64,000 nucleotides of DNA from the IMG/VR virus record IMGVR_UViG_3300021400_000049, positions 1 to 64,000 of that record; one strand, 5' to 3'. Source of the stretch: a virus (taxonomy: Duplodnaviria; Caudoviricetes). The notes under the pieces were generated by a model. The model was given only the letters and a program-made list of their open reading frames with translations, was not told the DNA's origin and did no database searches. The translations under genes were made by a program, and so were the position numbers. Positions 38,276 through 51,008 of the stretch are shown here, one piece after another. The first letter of the stretch is position 1, and each line of letters starts with the position of its first letter.

Positions 38276-39129
38276 TGATAGGACAACAGAAGTTAGTAGC
38301 ACAGATAATTGACCTTATTGAGAGAGATAAGTTTCCTCGTTTCTCTATAGTAGTGGGTGAAAAGGGTATGGGGCATGAAGATGTTGGCAGAGTAGTAGCA
38401 GAACAGTTAGAGTGTCCATATATTTTATTGCAAGATGTTAAGGTAGATACCATTAGAAAGATGATAATTGACGCTTATAAGTTACATGAAACAATGGTAT
38501 ATATCATTCCTAATGCAGATGATATGTCCATTAACGCTAAGAATGCCCTATTGAAGGTAGTAGAAGATACTCCTAATAAGGCATACTTTATCATGTGTTT
38601 AGAGGATCTATCTAATACACTGGCTACAATTCAGAGTAGAGGCATAGTGTTTAGAATGTGTCAGCCTACTGTAGACGAGATAAAGGAGTATGCCAGAGAG
38701 TTGTATGTTAATAAAAGCGATATAGATGAGGAAGAAATCAAATATGTAGGTGAAATATGTACGAGCGAAGGTGATGTTGTTTACATGACTCATCATGGAG
38801 CAAAGAACTTTTATAGATATGCTCAGTATGTGGCAGATAATGTAACAAATGTGTCAGGAGCAGAAGTCTTTAAATTCTCAGATAAGTTGGCGCTTAAAGA
38901 TGAAGAGGATAAATATGATGTGAGATTATTTCTCAGAGCATTACAGTATGTATTGATGAATGAGGCGACAAAGTATTTAGATAAGGAAGCAGAATTTAGA
39001 ATAAAAGTAAGAGTGCCAGCATTGATAGGTAAGTATATGCAAGATTTAAGAATAAAGGGTATAAACAAGACAATGCTTATGGATAATCTATGGATAGAGG
39101 TAAGAAAGTTATGGAAATCGCAGACGTAA
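38272..39129 (+). CDS. holB: Clamp loader delta-prime-like subunit
   Basis: ADDMSINAKNALLKVVED, TIQSRG. Confidence 0.75.
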   Translation: MMIGQQKLVAQIIDLIERDKFPRFSIVVGEKGMGHEDVGRVVAEQLECPYILLQDVKVDTIRKMIIDAYKLHETMVYIIPNADDMSINAKNALLKVVEDTPNKAYFIMCLEDLSNTLATIQSRGIVFRMCQPTVDEIKEYARELYVNKSDIDEEEIKYVGEICTSEGDVVYMTHHGAKNFYRYAQYVADNVTNVSGAEVFKFSDKLALKDEEDKYDVRLFLRALQYVLMNEATKYLDKEAEFRIKVRVPALIGKYMQDLRIKGINKTMLMDNLWIEVRKLWKSQT

Positions 39130-40028
39130 AGCAACATATAAAGACGGGTAAGCTAGATAAAGTCTATATTTTCTATGGAGAAGAGTATGCAATTATCAAG
39201 TTATACCTAAAAATGATGGCAGAAAAAGCAAATCTTGAACTAACTTATGCCGACAGTGTTATGGATTTAATGACCGGAGTTCGTACAAAATCTCTTATTC
39301 AGTCGCACCATTTATATGTAGTAATGGATGATAAGGAATACATCACTAATGAGAAGATGCAAGAAAGATTTAAGGGATTAAATGACGATATTGTAGTTCT
39401 GTACTACACAAATGCCGATAAGCGTTTAAAATTTTGGAAACAGAATAAAGACCGTGCGGTTGAGTTCAGTAAGTTAGAGAGCAGGATTTTAGTAAAGTAT
39501 ATTAAGAAAGAGGCACCATTAAGTGACGATTATTGCCTTAAACTAATTGATATATGTGAGAATGATTTCGGCAGAATATTGTTAGAGTTGAACAAGATAA
39601 ATACTTATGCCAAATCTGAGTGTATGACAGTCGATGAGGCGTTTAAAACTTTAATCGCACAAAATGTAATATATAGACAGCCTAAAGACGCAATATTTGA
39701 TTTTGTAGCCGCAGTTTTAGAAAGAAATCCTAGTAAAGCATACGATTTACTACAACAATCAAAAGCGATAGGAGAAGCTAATTTAACACTCCTATCAGTT
39801 CTTTATAATAATATAAAGACATTACTACAAATACAGTCAACAAACGACTATAAAGGCTTAGGTATAAATCAATTTATCATCAATAAAGTTAAAGCATATA
39901 AGAGCAATTATAGTAATGGCGAGTTAGTGAATGCCATGAAACTTATTAGATATGTAGAAAAGGGTATAAAGACAGGTACTATACCCGATGATTTAAGCAT
40001 AGAGTATGTGTTGGTGAGAGTAATGTAA
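39111..40028 (+). CDS. holA: Clamp loader delta-like subunit
   Basis: VYIFYGEE, ELNKI, IFDFVAAVL, IKTG. Confidence 0.8.
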   Translation: MEIADVKQHIKTGKLDKVYIFYGEEYAIIKLYLKMMAEKANLELTYADSVMDLMTGVRTKSLIQSHHLYVVMDDKEYITNEKMQERFKGLNDDIVVLYYTNADKRLKFWKQNKDRAVEFSKLESRILVKYIKKEAPLSDDYCLKLIDICENDFGRILLELNKINTYAKSECMTVDEAFKTLIAQNVIYRQPKDAIFDFVAAVLERNPSKAYDLLQQSKAIGEANLTLLSVLYNNIKTLLQIQSTNDYKGLGINQFIINKVKAYKSNYSNGELVNAMKLIRYVEKGIKTGTIPDDLSIEYVLVRVM

Positions 40029-40124
40029 TGGAAACTATAAATAAAGTATTTTATATTGTAATTCTATTTTGCCTAATATGTTTTTTAGTATTCGGTGATA
40101 GAGATAACTGAGAGGAGATACCAT

Positions 40125-40409
40125 ATGAGATGTCCAAATTGTGATAGTGATAATATCTCTGTTTTAGAGACAATCAATCAGCCTAAAGCTACCCTTAGAC
40201 AGAGGAAATGTGCTGAGTGCGGAACTAAATTTTATTCTAAAGAAGAAGTGGCACCATTAGATAGTGTAAAACCTGTATTCGATGAATGGTTAAGGGAACG
40301 TTCAAGAAAATGCAGAGCTAAGAAGAAAGGAGAGGAATACAATGTCAAGTTTGAAGATGGCAGAGAGCAGCCAGCAGTCCCTAAAAAACCAACATCCCCT
40401 CTGTTTTAG
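40125..40409 (+). CDS. NrdR-like zinc-ribbon protein
   Basis: MRCPNC...VLET...RQRKCAECGTKF. Confidence 0.65.
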   Translation: MRCPNCDSDNISVLETINQPKATLRQRKCAECGTKFYSKEEVAPLDSVKPVFDEWLRERSRKCRAKKKGEEYNVKFEDGREQPAVPKKPTSPLF

Positions 40410-40523
40410 ATGTGGTCGTAAGCTCAAATCTGAGCAGTCGAGAATATTAGGCATGGGACCTACTTGTTTCAGAAAGTGGCAAAATGAACAAAATACTAAG
40501 CCACTGATATAGAGGTGTGATAT

Positions 40524-40832
40524 ATGCAGATAAGACCTAGAAGAAAATCATATCCATATATGTGTCCATATTGTGATGAACTTACATATCCTAGTAAGAG
40601 TAGACCACCACTTATATTGCACAATAGGTCAATCACATTGTGGGTATGCCCTAACAATCACGAATTTTTTACATATGAAAGGGTGTGTACTCATCAAGAT
40701 TGGGCATACAAAGTATTTAACGGCATAGAGCAGTGCTGGCGAAAAGATTCAGATAAATGGCTAAAAGAGTTAATTAAAAAAGGGTTTGGTGTAGAGGAAT
40801 ATAATAACACAATGTCAAATAATGATGAATGA
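40524..40832 (+). CDS. Zinc-ribbon protein
   Basis: CPYC...CPNNHEFFTYE. Confidence 0.55.
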   Translation: MQIRPRRKSYPYMCPYCDELTYPSKSRPPLILHNRSITLWVCPNNHEFFTYERVCTHQDWAYKVFNGIEQCWRKDSDKWLKELIKKGFGVEEYNNTMSNNDE

Positions 40833-40854
40833 TCCTCTACATATTAAATGTGAA

Positions 40855-40888
40855 AAATCGACTAGAGAAATCTGGTCGATTTTTTTTA
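40855..40888 (+). terminator. Intrinsic terminator
   Basis: AAAATCGACTAGA/TCTGGTCGATTTT plus T tract. Confidence 0.75.
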
Positions 40889-40963
40889 TTCCTGTTGATG
40901 TTTATTTATAGGTATATTACCTTATACTTGTAAACGAAAACATAGTTTTTGAAAGGAGAAATT

Positions 40964-43900
40964 ATGCAGGTATTATTTGACGAAAGGGATTATGAACCAT
41001 TAAAAGAAGGAGAGACTTACGAAGGCAAGTTTGTAATTATTACACCTGAGTTCTTCAAGCCAGAGTTTAGAAATGCAAAATATCAGTTGTTTCATGCAGA
41101 AGCAGGATTTGGATGTGATCCTAGTAAGATAGGTAATGCAGTGTTTGGTAAAGATTGTGAGGAGACTTACAGACAGGAGAGATACAATATTCTCGGTGTA
41201 GCTAAGGAGTCCGCAATTCGTGAGTGGGAAAGAACATACCACATGAGTAGAGAGGTTTTCTACAGAAAGGAGAATGATTGATGGAAGAATTTACAACAAC
41301 ATTTTGGCAAGATTTCACAATAGCTGACGCCTTCGGTGCGTCAGCTATCAAAGACACCTTTAAGAGAGCGTTTGAAGAATGGAAGTCAGACTACAGATAC
41401 CTTACTGATTTAGTAATGGTAGTAAATCATAAGTGCTGGCAGCATTATGAGGAAGGCAATACAGAGATTAGCCAGATTTATTCAGATTTATATTATAAGG
41501 CTGATGCTTATGCCTGCGAGAACTTAAAGGGTGAAGAGTTGAGTTACTATTTTAGGGTAACAGATTGAAAGGGAAATATTATGAAATCTGAAATTAAGTG
41601 GAGAGATAATCTTAAAAGTATAGGTACTAATATTCCTAGGGTTGTTCCTAATGAAATCTACATGGCTATGAGTTCTATCGAATTTTATACAAAGACAATC
41701 AAGGCATTAGAAAGAGTGGGATGGAAATACTCGGGACGAGATGGAATGATTACTGGTATACATAACGAAAGGGCTATACAGATAGATATTGTGGAACAAT
41801 ATAATGACCATATGTACTTAGTAAAGTTCTGGAAAGACGGCAGTGTACATCTATATTTTAGAGATGAATACCTTAAAAACAGATATGGAAGGAGAGTATT
41901 GATATGAGTAAACCATATAGCAGAGATTATGAATCGGAACTATTAGATTTAGTCAGAGAGAACGGAATAACAGATGAGGACTTAGTGTCCTCATTCCTGT
42001 GTTATTTCAGTTCAGATGATACCTGTGCTTGTCTTGAAGATGTGTGCAGAACCTATGATATAGAGTATGAGGAAGAATAACTTCCTGTTGATAGGATAGC
42101 TGAAATATGCTATCCTATTTTTGTAAACAAAAACACACAAATGTTTGAAAGGAGAATATTATGGCAGTAAGGATTATGAAGAGGTGTTTCTGCTGTGGCA
42201 GAGAATCATCATTGGAGATTACTGATGAGGTAAATAAGAGGTATGAGATGTATCTCAATGGAGTAGGATATATACAAGATATTCCACTACCAGCAGACCA
42301 GAGAGAATTTTTAAAGACAGGTATGTGTCTCAGTTGTCAGGAGTTAATCTTTGCAGATCCTGATGAAGAATAAATTCCTATTGATAAGGTAGCACCTTAG
42401 TGCTACCTTATTGTTGTAAACAAAAACACATTATGAAAGAGAGGTACCAAATGAAACGAGTTATTTATTTACCAGATGAGCTTAACGAGAATAAGCATAT
42501 CCTCAAAGAAGTCTATGAGGGACATGGTGTATACAGAAGATACACACCCTCAGGATATCCAGTACATCAAGAGTGGGCAATAGTAAGAGAAAGTGATGGC
42601 TTCACTATTGTTACAGAGTCCTATAATAGTCTTGACCGTGTAGATATGCTGGATGCTATTGATAACTACAAAGAAACAGGTAAATATGGTTTTACCTGCT
42701 TACAGACACACAAAGGTAAAGAGCATGGCTACTACAATGTACATAGAGGAGGTAATTTAAAGCTATGAGTTTTTGTGATTTCCATACAATGCAGACAAGG
42801 AGCGGTAAAGTATTCACCCCACTTTCTACAAATGATGTGGTAGATGTAATCAGAGATGAAATGGGTGATGAGATAGCTGATTACCTCGATGAGTGTTTTT
42901 CAGATACTGCCTTAGAACAAGATACTGCCTATACATTATTACAGGATGAGTTTGCAAGTTACGAGCAGGAGAACGAGAACTGGCATAACTTTGTAGATGA
43001 ACTGTCAGAAGAAATAGAGGCAGTTAGAAGGAAGATAGAGGATAACAAATTAACAAAAGCCAAAATATCCATAGAGCTATATAAAATATATGAAAAGATG
43101 AGAAAGGAACTTTAATATGGACGAATTACAACTTATGGTACAGGCATTAGCCGGTACAATCGAAGATAATACGGCAGAGCTTAGAAAGATGAAGTCAGCA
43201 GGTAAACAGGATACAAAGATGTATATCCATAAGTTAGGAGAGATTTCAGCTTATGAGGATGTACTTAATATGGTCATATGGAGAATCAATCAGCTTTCTA
43301 ATAAGTGAGGTGAATGATATGTGGTACTTAGTATTATTTATCCTCTTTTGTATATTCTTTCTTTAATAAGTTCCTGTTGAACTGGTATCTCCTACATGAT
43401 ATCCTATTCTTGTAAAGAAAACAAGAACACATATCTTGAAAGGAGATACCAAAATGACTAAAGAGGAAATTAAGCAGTACGAGAACAAGGAACCCATAGG
43501 TATATACGCACTCAGTAATTGGGGTGGCATAGAGATTTTAGATATTCTCTATGGTATTGATGATTATGTGGTAGTAAGATACTATGGTAAGTCCTATCAT
43601 AGAGTAAAGATTCACTATGGTGTAAACCATAGTTCATTCAGAATAGGCAGATTGACAATACGCCTTGATGAGTGTATGAGAGTGTGAGGTAAAACCATGA
43701 AAGAGTATATTATAGTAGGGGATACAAAGTCTTTTAAGGATTGTCTTATCACTGTAGTGAGGGGTGATAGAAATGCCGCAGAGAAAGTGTTGGAGCGTAT
43801 GCTATATGCTCCAACAGAAAATGACTATAAACTTATGGAAGGTCATAAGAATCTGAGAATCAAAGAGGTTAAAGAAAAAGACCAGTGGTGGAATGATCCG

Positions 43901-44170
43901 TTCTTAGCAAATTGAGAGGAGAAAGAGGATGCGAAAAATTAGTAAGAGTAAGTGGAAGAAGTGGTTATTGATGCATAGAGATTCAATACTTTAAAGGAGA
44001 AAGAAGATGAGTCAGTTAGGATATGAATGTTGTATATGCCATAAGATATTTACAGATTGGGGTAATGACCCATGGCCAGTAGTGAAAGATGATGATGCAA
44101 GGTGTTGTGACGACTGTAATAGTTCAGTGGTACTGCCTGCAAGATTAGCACAATTATTAAATAAGGAGGA
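40964..44170 (+). other. Early-region small ORFs, part 1 (40964-41281, 41278-41568, 41581-41907, 41904-42080, 42161-42373, 42451-42768, 42765-43115, 43117-43308, 43454-43687, 43697-43915)
   Basis: Short acidic hypothetical proteins with strong RBSs, arranged in promoter-headed cassettes. Confidence 0.65.
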
Positions 44171-44176
44171 TAATAA

Positions 44177-44437
44177 ATGAAGGATTTTGTAAATGATTTT
44201 GAGGTAAGAAAGGGAAAGTTAGATACTCTTGTAGCCAATGCTGGTTACAAGAGTTTTAGAGAGTTTGCCAAAGATACAGGAGTAACTGCCGCAAATCTAT
44301 ATTCAAATCTTCATGGTACATGGCATATGTCAATGAAAAGAATGTTTAAGGTAGCAAACACACTGAATGTGCCTATACTTCAGGTAATAGAGATTTTCTA
44401 TCCAGATGAGCTGGCAGAGAATCAGGCATTGTTCTAA
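44177..44437 (+). CDS. XRE/Cro-family HTH regulator
   Basis: SFREFAKDTGVTAANLYS...MKRMFKVANTLNVPI. Confidence 0.75.
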   Translation: MKDFVNDFEVRKGKLDTLVANAGYKSFREFAKDTGVTAANLYSNLHGTWHMSMKRMFKVANTLNVPILQVIEIFYPDELAENQALF

Positions 44438-44519
44438 AATGTTCCAGTTGTATTCAGCTACAGGATATATTACCTTATACTTGTAAACAAAAACAGTTCT
44501 ATTTGAAAGGAGAACCAAT

Positions 44520-47500
44520 ATGTTAGTAACATCAATAGAAATCAGAGAGTGGTTAGATAAACAGATTGAGGCCTATCACACATCCTTAGAGAAGTTGATA
44601 GTCAATGATGATGGAGATTACCTTAGTAACATCGGTGTTCAGGACAGAGGTATTCATCTCTGCTCAGATGCAGTAAGGTTTATTGCAGACAGACTTGGTA
44701 TTGACCTCTGTGTAACATTAAGAAAGAGGGATACGGAGAATCCGTATGAGATTTTCATTCTGTATAAGGGTGAGAAGTTCTTCGGAATTGAAACTGAGGA
44801 AGAGTATCAGGAGAAAGGGGCAGTGGTATAAACCACTGCTCTTTAAAGAGGATAATGCTATGATGAAGTTTGTAACATCCTGTATAGATGAAAAGACAGG
44901 ATATGAGATGGTTTTATCAGAAGTCAGCTATAATGTAGCTATGGATTGGCTACAAAGGCAGTGTGAGAAGTATTTCAAGGAGATATTTAGAACCGAGAAT
45001 AATGGTACAGATGATGTGTGGATATATGTAGGTACACCTAAGAAAGATGTAAATCCTATGACAGGAGAGGTAGATGTGTGGTATACAAATCAAGTTATAT
45101 TCCACTATGACGAGAGCAGAGGATATTTGATGCAGGAGTAAGATATGAATTTTGAGGATTTTTTACAGAACCTATACGGTATTTCAAGTATGTCCAATGA
45201 TTATGAAGAAAGGGTTGTAGTTAATACCCAAGAAGATGATTGGGTAGTAGACACTGCAATAGTTACAGATAGGAGCTGGACATATGAGACCGCAGTAATG
45301 AGTCCACATTTCAGAAATAATAAATGGATAATAGTCGGTAAAGCAGATACCGAAGAGGATGCAGTTAAAGTGCATGAACAATGGGTTGATATGATGAGAA
45401 ATGATCCTAGGGCATTATGGGATATATATGAGGAGAAAATATTTATACACGATTGATTATAAGCTACTGGAACTTAATATTCCAGTAGCTTTTATTTTAC
45501 CCATATGCTACCTTATATTTGTAAACAAGAACACATAGTTACGAAAGGAGACCACTATGATACAGATTGAGGTTAAGTCAGAGAATGTATTCGGAGATGT
45601 GAGATTTTCTTATTGCCAGGTAGAAGATATTCCAACGCACTTCGCAAGATTAAAGTTTGAAGGCTGGGATAATATACTATCAACCCATCTTGTAGATGAG
45701 TTTGGCAGACTACTTAATGAAGATGGACAGTTAGTGTGAAAGGAGACCATTATGAAAGTTTACAGAGATAAGGCAACAGGTAAGAAGTTATATCCCGTAT
45801 GCTCATGGGAAAGAAATCAGCATAAGCTCTATAATGCCATAGATAGGGCACATAATGCAGTTACCGATTTGTATGAAGACAAGTCGGCTACAATAGAGCA
45901 GATTGATAAGGCAGAAGCGTGGGTTCAAGAAGTAGAGAGGTTGACCAGTATATTCGATAGTCATGTAGCACCTAATGGTGTAGTTTATGCACTATGGGAA
46001 GATGGTCAGAAAATAAAGGACATCATATACGGTTATGATTGTAGGCATGACCAGCTTGAGGCAGAAAGGAGAATGTGATATGTGCCAATATCCATGTAGA
46101 AACTGTGTTTATTATAAAGAGTGCGGTGAAAGCACAAGAACAATGCCATGTAATGGCAGAATGACGAAGAGTCAGCAGAAAGGGCTAAAAGCAAGCCTGA
46201 TTGTAATGGATGAGTTTCCTTTAAAGACAAGAGAGGAACTAATAAGAGAAGGAGAAAGAGAACAGGCAAGAAGAGCCTTCTATGAGGATTGAAAGGAGAC
46301 CATTATGTGTAGAAACTGCGAGAACTGCCAATATTGTAAAGAGGACTTTGAATATGATGATTTTGGTAATACCTTCGATTACTGCAAGTGTGTACTCACC
46401 AATGAGCTGATTGATTGTTCAGAAGCAGAGCATTGTAAGGATTATACAGAGTAGTCCATAAAGTGTTAGGAATCGACTCCTAACACTTTTATTTTATTTT
46501 GATATAAAGTATCAACGAGCAGATAAAAACGTCAGGAAAGAGCAGGAAATGAGTTGAAATATTCCTGTTGTCAGGTATATACCTGTATGCTATCCTATAT
46601 TTGTAAACAAGAACAGAGAGTAAGTTTCATGGTGCCAAGTATATCTTCGCTATGGATGCTGAAATCGCCATATATGAAAGGAGAGAATATGATACTGAAT
46701 GATGGATTTTACCCGTCAAAAGAGAGCGGGGTTGTACTAGAAAGATTTGAAGATATGTGGACAAAACACTCGATGTCCGATAAGTATGCAAGGGATATTG
46801 TGACTACCAGCAATAGTAATATTCAGACCTACTCTGATGCCTTTATGTCAGAGATGGCAGGGGATGAGATATTCTTTGCAGACTGGATAAGATATAATGA
46901 GGGATTACTACCTTACATCAAGAAAGCCGCTGATACAGTGCGTTGGCTACATGAGAATGGATATACAGAGTACAAAGTCAATATGCAGTCCGGGATAATA
47001 AAATAAAGCGCCTGGATTAGATTTTTATCTTATAGTTGATAAATTGCACACATTGAAAGGAGAAAGTTAAAAATGGCAACAATGATTAAATATGGAACAA
47101 AAGCAGGAGAAGACCTCATACATGATATGAATTACAGACACCCTAAAGGAAATACCCTTTATGATGTGTACGGTAAAGTTTCTTCAAAGAAGGCGAAAAG
47201 TTGGGAGAAAATCAGAGATGATTGCAACTACCTCAAAGGTAGACGCCTTCATATTATAGGAGCATCAAGTTATGGGTATTCCTGCATATATGCTTATCCT
47301 ATATATGACCATAGAGATGAGAGCATTATATCCATGATGATTAGAAAGGAAACAAAGGCGAATACCTATGAGATGGAAGTGCCTATAGATGAATATGATA
47401 AGAGAATTATACACAAAGGAGAATAAGGAAGATGTTGATATATGATGTAAACCGATATTCAGAGGATGTATGTAAGTTACCTGATACCATAGTATTACCT

Positions 47501-49523
47501 GATGATTTAGAAAAGGACGATGTTGATGCCACAGTCAATGCCATAATAGAGTTTGTAGAGAAGATGTATGGCAGAAAACCGAGCGCATTTGGTTGTAGAG
47601 CAAATGGCCAGATTATAAGATACAGAGCATGAATCAAATAAGTTCCAGTTGAAAAGGTAGCACCTGAGTGCTACCTTTTTCTTGTAAACAAAAACATTTC
47701 TTGAAAGAGAGGACCTATTATGAAGTACATTACCGAAAACATTACAGAGATTGAAAAGCTGGCCGTATCTATGATGCTCTTTGCTACTTGCGGTGAAGAT
47801 GAAGATACAATGGCAAATGCCGAAGTATCAAAGACTTCCCCTAACACATTCCACATTGAATATGATGTAGCAAATCCTTTTAATGGAATATCCCTTACAG
47901 TAGAGATTCACCGAGAGAGCTATGCTAACGGACAATCGTCAGTATTCCACTACAACGTCATATCTAGTGCCTATGGTGATACCGGAGAGTTCACACTGAC
48001 AATCGAATAAGTTCCTGTTGATAGGATAGCACCTCTGTGCTATCCTATACTTGTAAATAAGAACACATATTGAAAGGAGAACCATTATGTTGATGATGTT
48101 AGAAGAAGTATTCCCTGGGCAGAATAGAATGAATGAATATCCTATGGGAGAAGAGCAAGAGTTCCAGAGCATGAAAGAGTTTATATCCTGGAACATAGAG
48201 CAGATTGACGAAATCCTGAAAGATGCTCCAGAGGAGCAGATAACAAAAGATAAGCTGACCAACGGTGAGTATTCAGTCTATGAAAAAGATGGCGTGGTGT
48301 ATGTGAGAGTGGAGGTGATAGCATGATTACAAGAGCAAGATTGGAAATGGTGAATGCCAATAACAAGAAAGTGTTTGGCAGAAGTATGTGGGGCTATTGT
48401 GAATTATCCGATTTAATAGTGAAGTTTTTCAGAATAATGCCTGATTATGTGGACCAAAGTAAATGTAACCTCAGGGTTTATGATGTGAGTCATTGATATT
48501 CCAGTTGATAAGGTACTACATATGTAGTACCTTATTCTTGTAAAGAAGAACACATACATTGAAAGGAGAACCAATTATGAGAGACATTGATATGAAATGG
48601 AGTACCGCAAGAGCTACATACGACCTTATAGTAGATGGAGAGTGGTATGCAGAGGGCAATTATGAACAGATGGATGATATGGCAAGAGCCATGAGATTAG
48701 CTGATATTGAAGAGGAAGAAGCCAGATGTTCTCAGCCTAGTGATGATTACTACGGTGATGCAGATGATTGGGATGAGTGCTGACTTATCCCATATAGAAA
48801 GGAAACCATTATGGACAAGATAGTTTTGAAACTGAAAGGCAAACTAATAAAGGCCGATGTGATAGATTTTTCAGACAGATTAAAGTACGGCGAGATGTTA
48901 ACCTATGAAGATGCAGATGATGATTGGGAGATATTCTCAGTAAAAGGAACAAAATTCTATGTAGCCTATCAGCAGTGTTCTGCCTACGATAGGGTGTGAA
49001 AGGAGACCGATATGAGTGAAAACATGGTTCTTATAATGATTGATGAGTGCGGAGATGAGCGGGAATATGACCGTTATACTGTAGGAGATGATTTAGATGA
49101 GGATTATCTCGAAATGTGGCAAGAAATGAAAATTTCCAAAGCCAGAGAAGATTATCCAGAAGCCCGTAGATTTTACTTTGAAGATAGGCGCAATTGGAAT
49201 AGCATGATAAATGCCATGATTAGAGATGATGAGGGATATGACCCTTGGGAAGATGAAGAGGTGCCAGTATGAATATCATAAAGCAGAATAAGAAAAGGCA
49301 GTTAGTAGAAGAATATGGACCATACATGAATAAGAGATATGCCATATATGACACAATGGGCATAATGGAAGTATGGTTCTCAGACAAACAAAAAGCGTTG
49401 TCCCATTGGGAGAAATATAAAAACGCGGAGACTTGGGCAGAAAAGAGAGAGCGGTATAAACAAGAATTATTAGCCACAATAGAAAGAGGTGGTCCAGAAT
49501 TAGATGAACTACCATTTATCTGA
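44520..49523 (+). other. Early-region small ORFs, part 2 (44520-44831, 44860-45141, 45145-45456, 45557-45739, 45752-46078, 46080-46292, 46305-46454, 46689-47006, 47073-47426, 47432-47632, 47720-48010, 48087-48326, 48577-48783, 48811-48999, 49012-49272, 49269-49523)
   Basis: Short hypothetical ORFs, most with AAAGGAG-(N)ACCA-ATG RBS. Confidence 0.65.
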
Positions 49524-49569
49524 GCATATATCAGCTCATTAAAAAGTTGGCGGGCGAAAAGACAACCTA

Positions 49570-49930
49570 ATCCATTCATAAATCTATCTATAGAACTAGG
49601 CAAATATAAACCATAGATTATAATACAAAAACAAAGCGGAACATAGAGGCCATGTAGAGATACATGACCTTTTAGTGTATACCATATACGACTCTGTAAA
49701 ATCAGAAAAGAGGGCGGTAAAAGAGTCCTGTTCATATACTCCATTTATTATACCAAATACTAATACCATATAAACCATATATAGAAACCATATAAATACC
49801 ATTCTTTAGCCATTTATGCCATTCGTGACATGACTTTATTTAGTCTGTATCTAGGGCCATTCAGTAGCCATCTAGACTCCTTTCACCTTCTCGCCATTTA
49901 GCCCACAATATAGCCAGCCATTCACCCGAC
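49570..49930. repeat. Non-coding tract of short (A/G)CCAT repeats
   Basis: Repeated ACCATA/GCCATT units, dense at 49740-49925. Confidence 0.5.
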
Positions 49931-50260
49931 ATTATCCCCGGCGCCTGGAAACGAAAATTGATTCAAATCAAGAAATTTTAGTCCACTAAAGTGCACCTTG
50001 CACAAACGGCACCAGGCCACTAGCTTTGCCCCTTGTGGCTAAATTTTGGCGGGCGTCACTATTAGGGAAAAGTGCCGAAAAATACGGGGTAGGTATCCGA
50101 TTTTTAAAAGCCCGCCAAAACCTATTCGTCAAATTGCACAAAAACCACTAGAGGCCTCTGACCGAACTCCGATAAGACGTATTCCTGTTGTAAGGTTATA
50201 TAGGCTAGATTACCATAAAATAAAAAACACACACATAAATATGAAAGAGAGGATACCAAT

Positions 50261-50611
50261 ATGACAAGAAATGCATTAGTATTAGAGTCTGCCAAAGAAT
50301 ATGCAAGAAAGGGTGCATGGAAGACCGCAGACAGAACATTACATGAAGTTATGGTAGATCCATATAACTTTGATGATGAAGAACAGGAGATGGAAGCAAG
50401 AGAGTTACAGGTAGAGATAACTTCTCATGTAGCCCTCACTTATGAGCAACTCATGGATTTAGCCCTTAAGCATTATAACAAGGGCGGGGATAGTACATAT
50501 GAATGTTGGGAAGAAAGAGATTACCAAGAACATGGACCTATGAGTAAGTATGAAGCACTCCGTATGTTTGCTATGGATTATGATATAGAAAGGGATAGAA
50601 TGGGTTGGTAA
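50261..50611 (+). CDS. Hypothetical early protein
   Basis: Behind TTCCTG promoter, GAGAGG RBS, followed by terminator 50628-50660. Confidence 0.65.
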   Translation: MTRNALVLESAKEYARKGAWKTADRTLHEVMVDPYNFDDEEQEMEARELQVEITSHVALTYEQLMDLALKHYNKGGDSTYECWEERDYQEHGPMSKYEALRMFAMDYDIERDRMGW

Positions 50612-51008
50612 TATACAATCCATTATTTAGCTCCGCCCATTATCTGAGCGGAGCTTTTCTTTTGCCCATTTATTACCTCTAGAGGTATATATTAATATAG
50701 AAGAAACGGAACCTAAAATATAAAAATCATTGACACCGCCTTCTTTTTAGATGTATTATAACCATGCAGAGAATAGTGAGGCGAGAGTGAAAACCATGAC
50801 CCCTAAAAGAGATTGAGATTGGGGTATGAAGGAGTAGCTAGGCCAAGCGAAAAACGGTTAAGCGAAAGAAACATGGGCTTACTGAAAAGAAACGATGGCT
50901 TACTGAGCAGAAACTGGCAGAAACGAACATTCAAATACAGGTGTCATTACTAGGCAGAGATATGGAATTTACATACCTCTGGTTTTGTGCGTCTGGAATC
51001 CATTCTTT

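Larger units (their letters stand above)
40889..50216 (+). promoter_or_regulatory. Eleven repeated promoters of one class: TTCCWG-[-35]-N17-[TACCTT/TATCCT]-...TTGTAAA
   Basis: Copies start at 40889, 42082, 42375, 43371, 44442, 45480, 46562, 47643, 48012, 48499, 50182; each has 17-nt spacing and precedes an RBS/ORF. Confidence 0.8.

Noticed and set aside
44177-44437. Lysogeny module
   Set aside because: An XRE HTH gene is present but no integrase, divergent repressor/Cro pair or att site was seen; genes outside the window cannot be excluded
40889-50216. CRISPR array or integron-like attC array
   Set aside because: Repeats are degenerate promoters separated by genes of variable length; no cas operon or integrase; the Cas4-like gene sits in the recombination module
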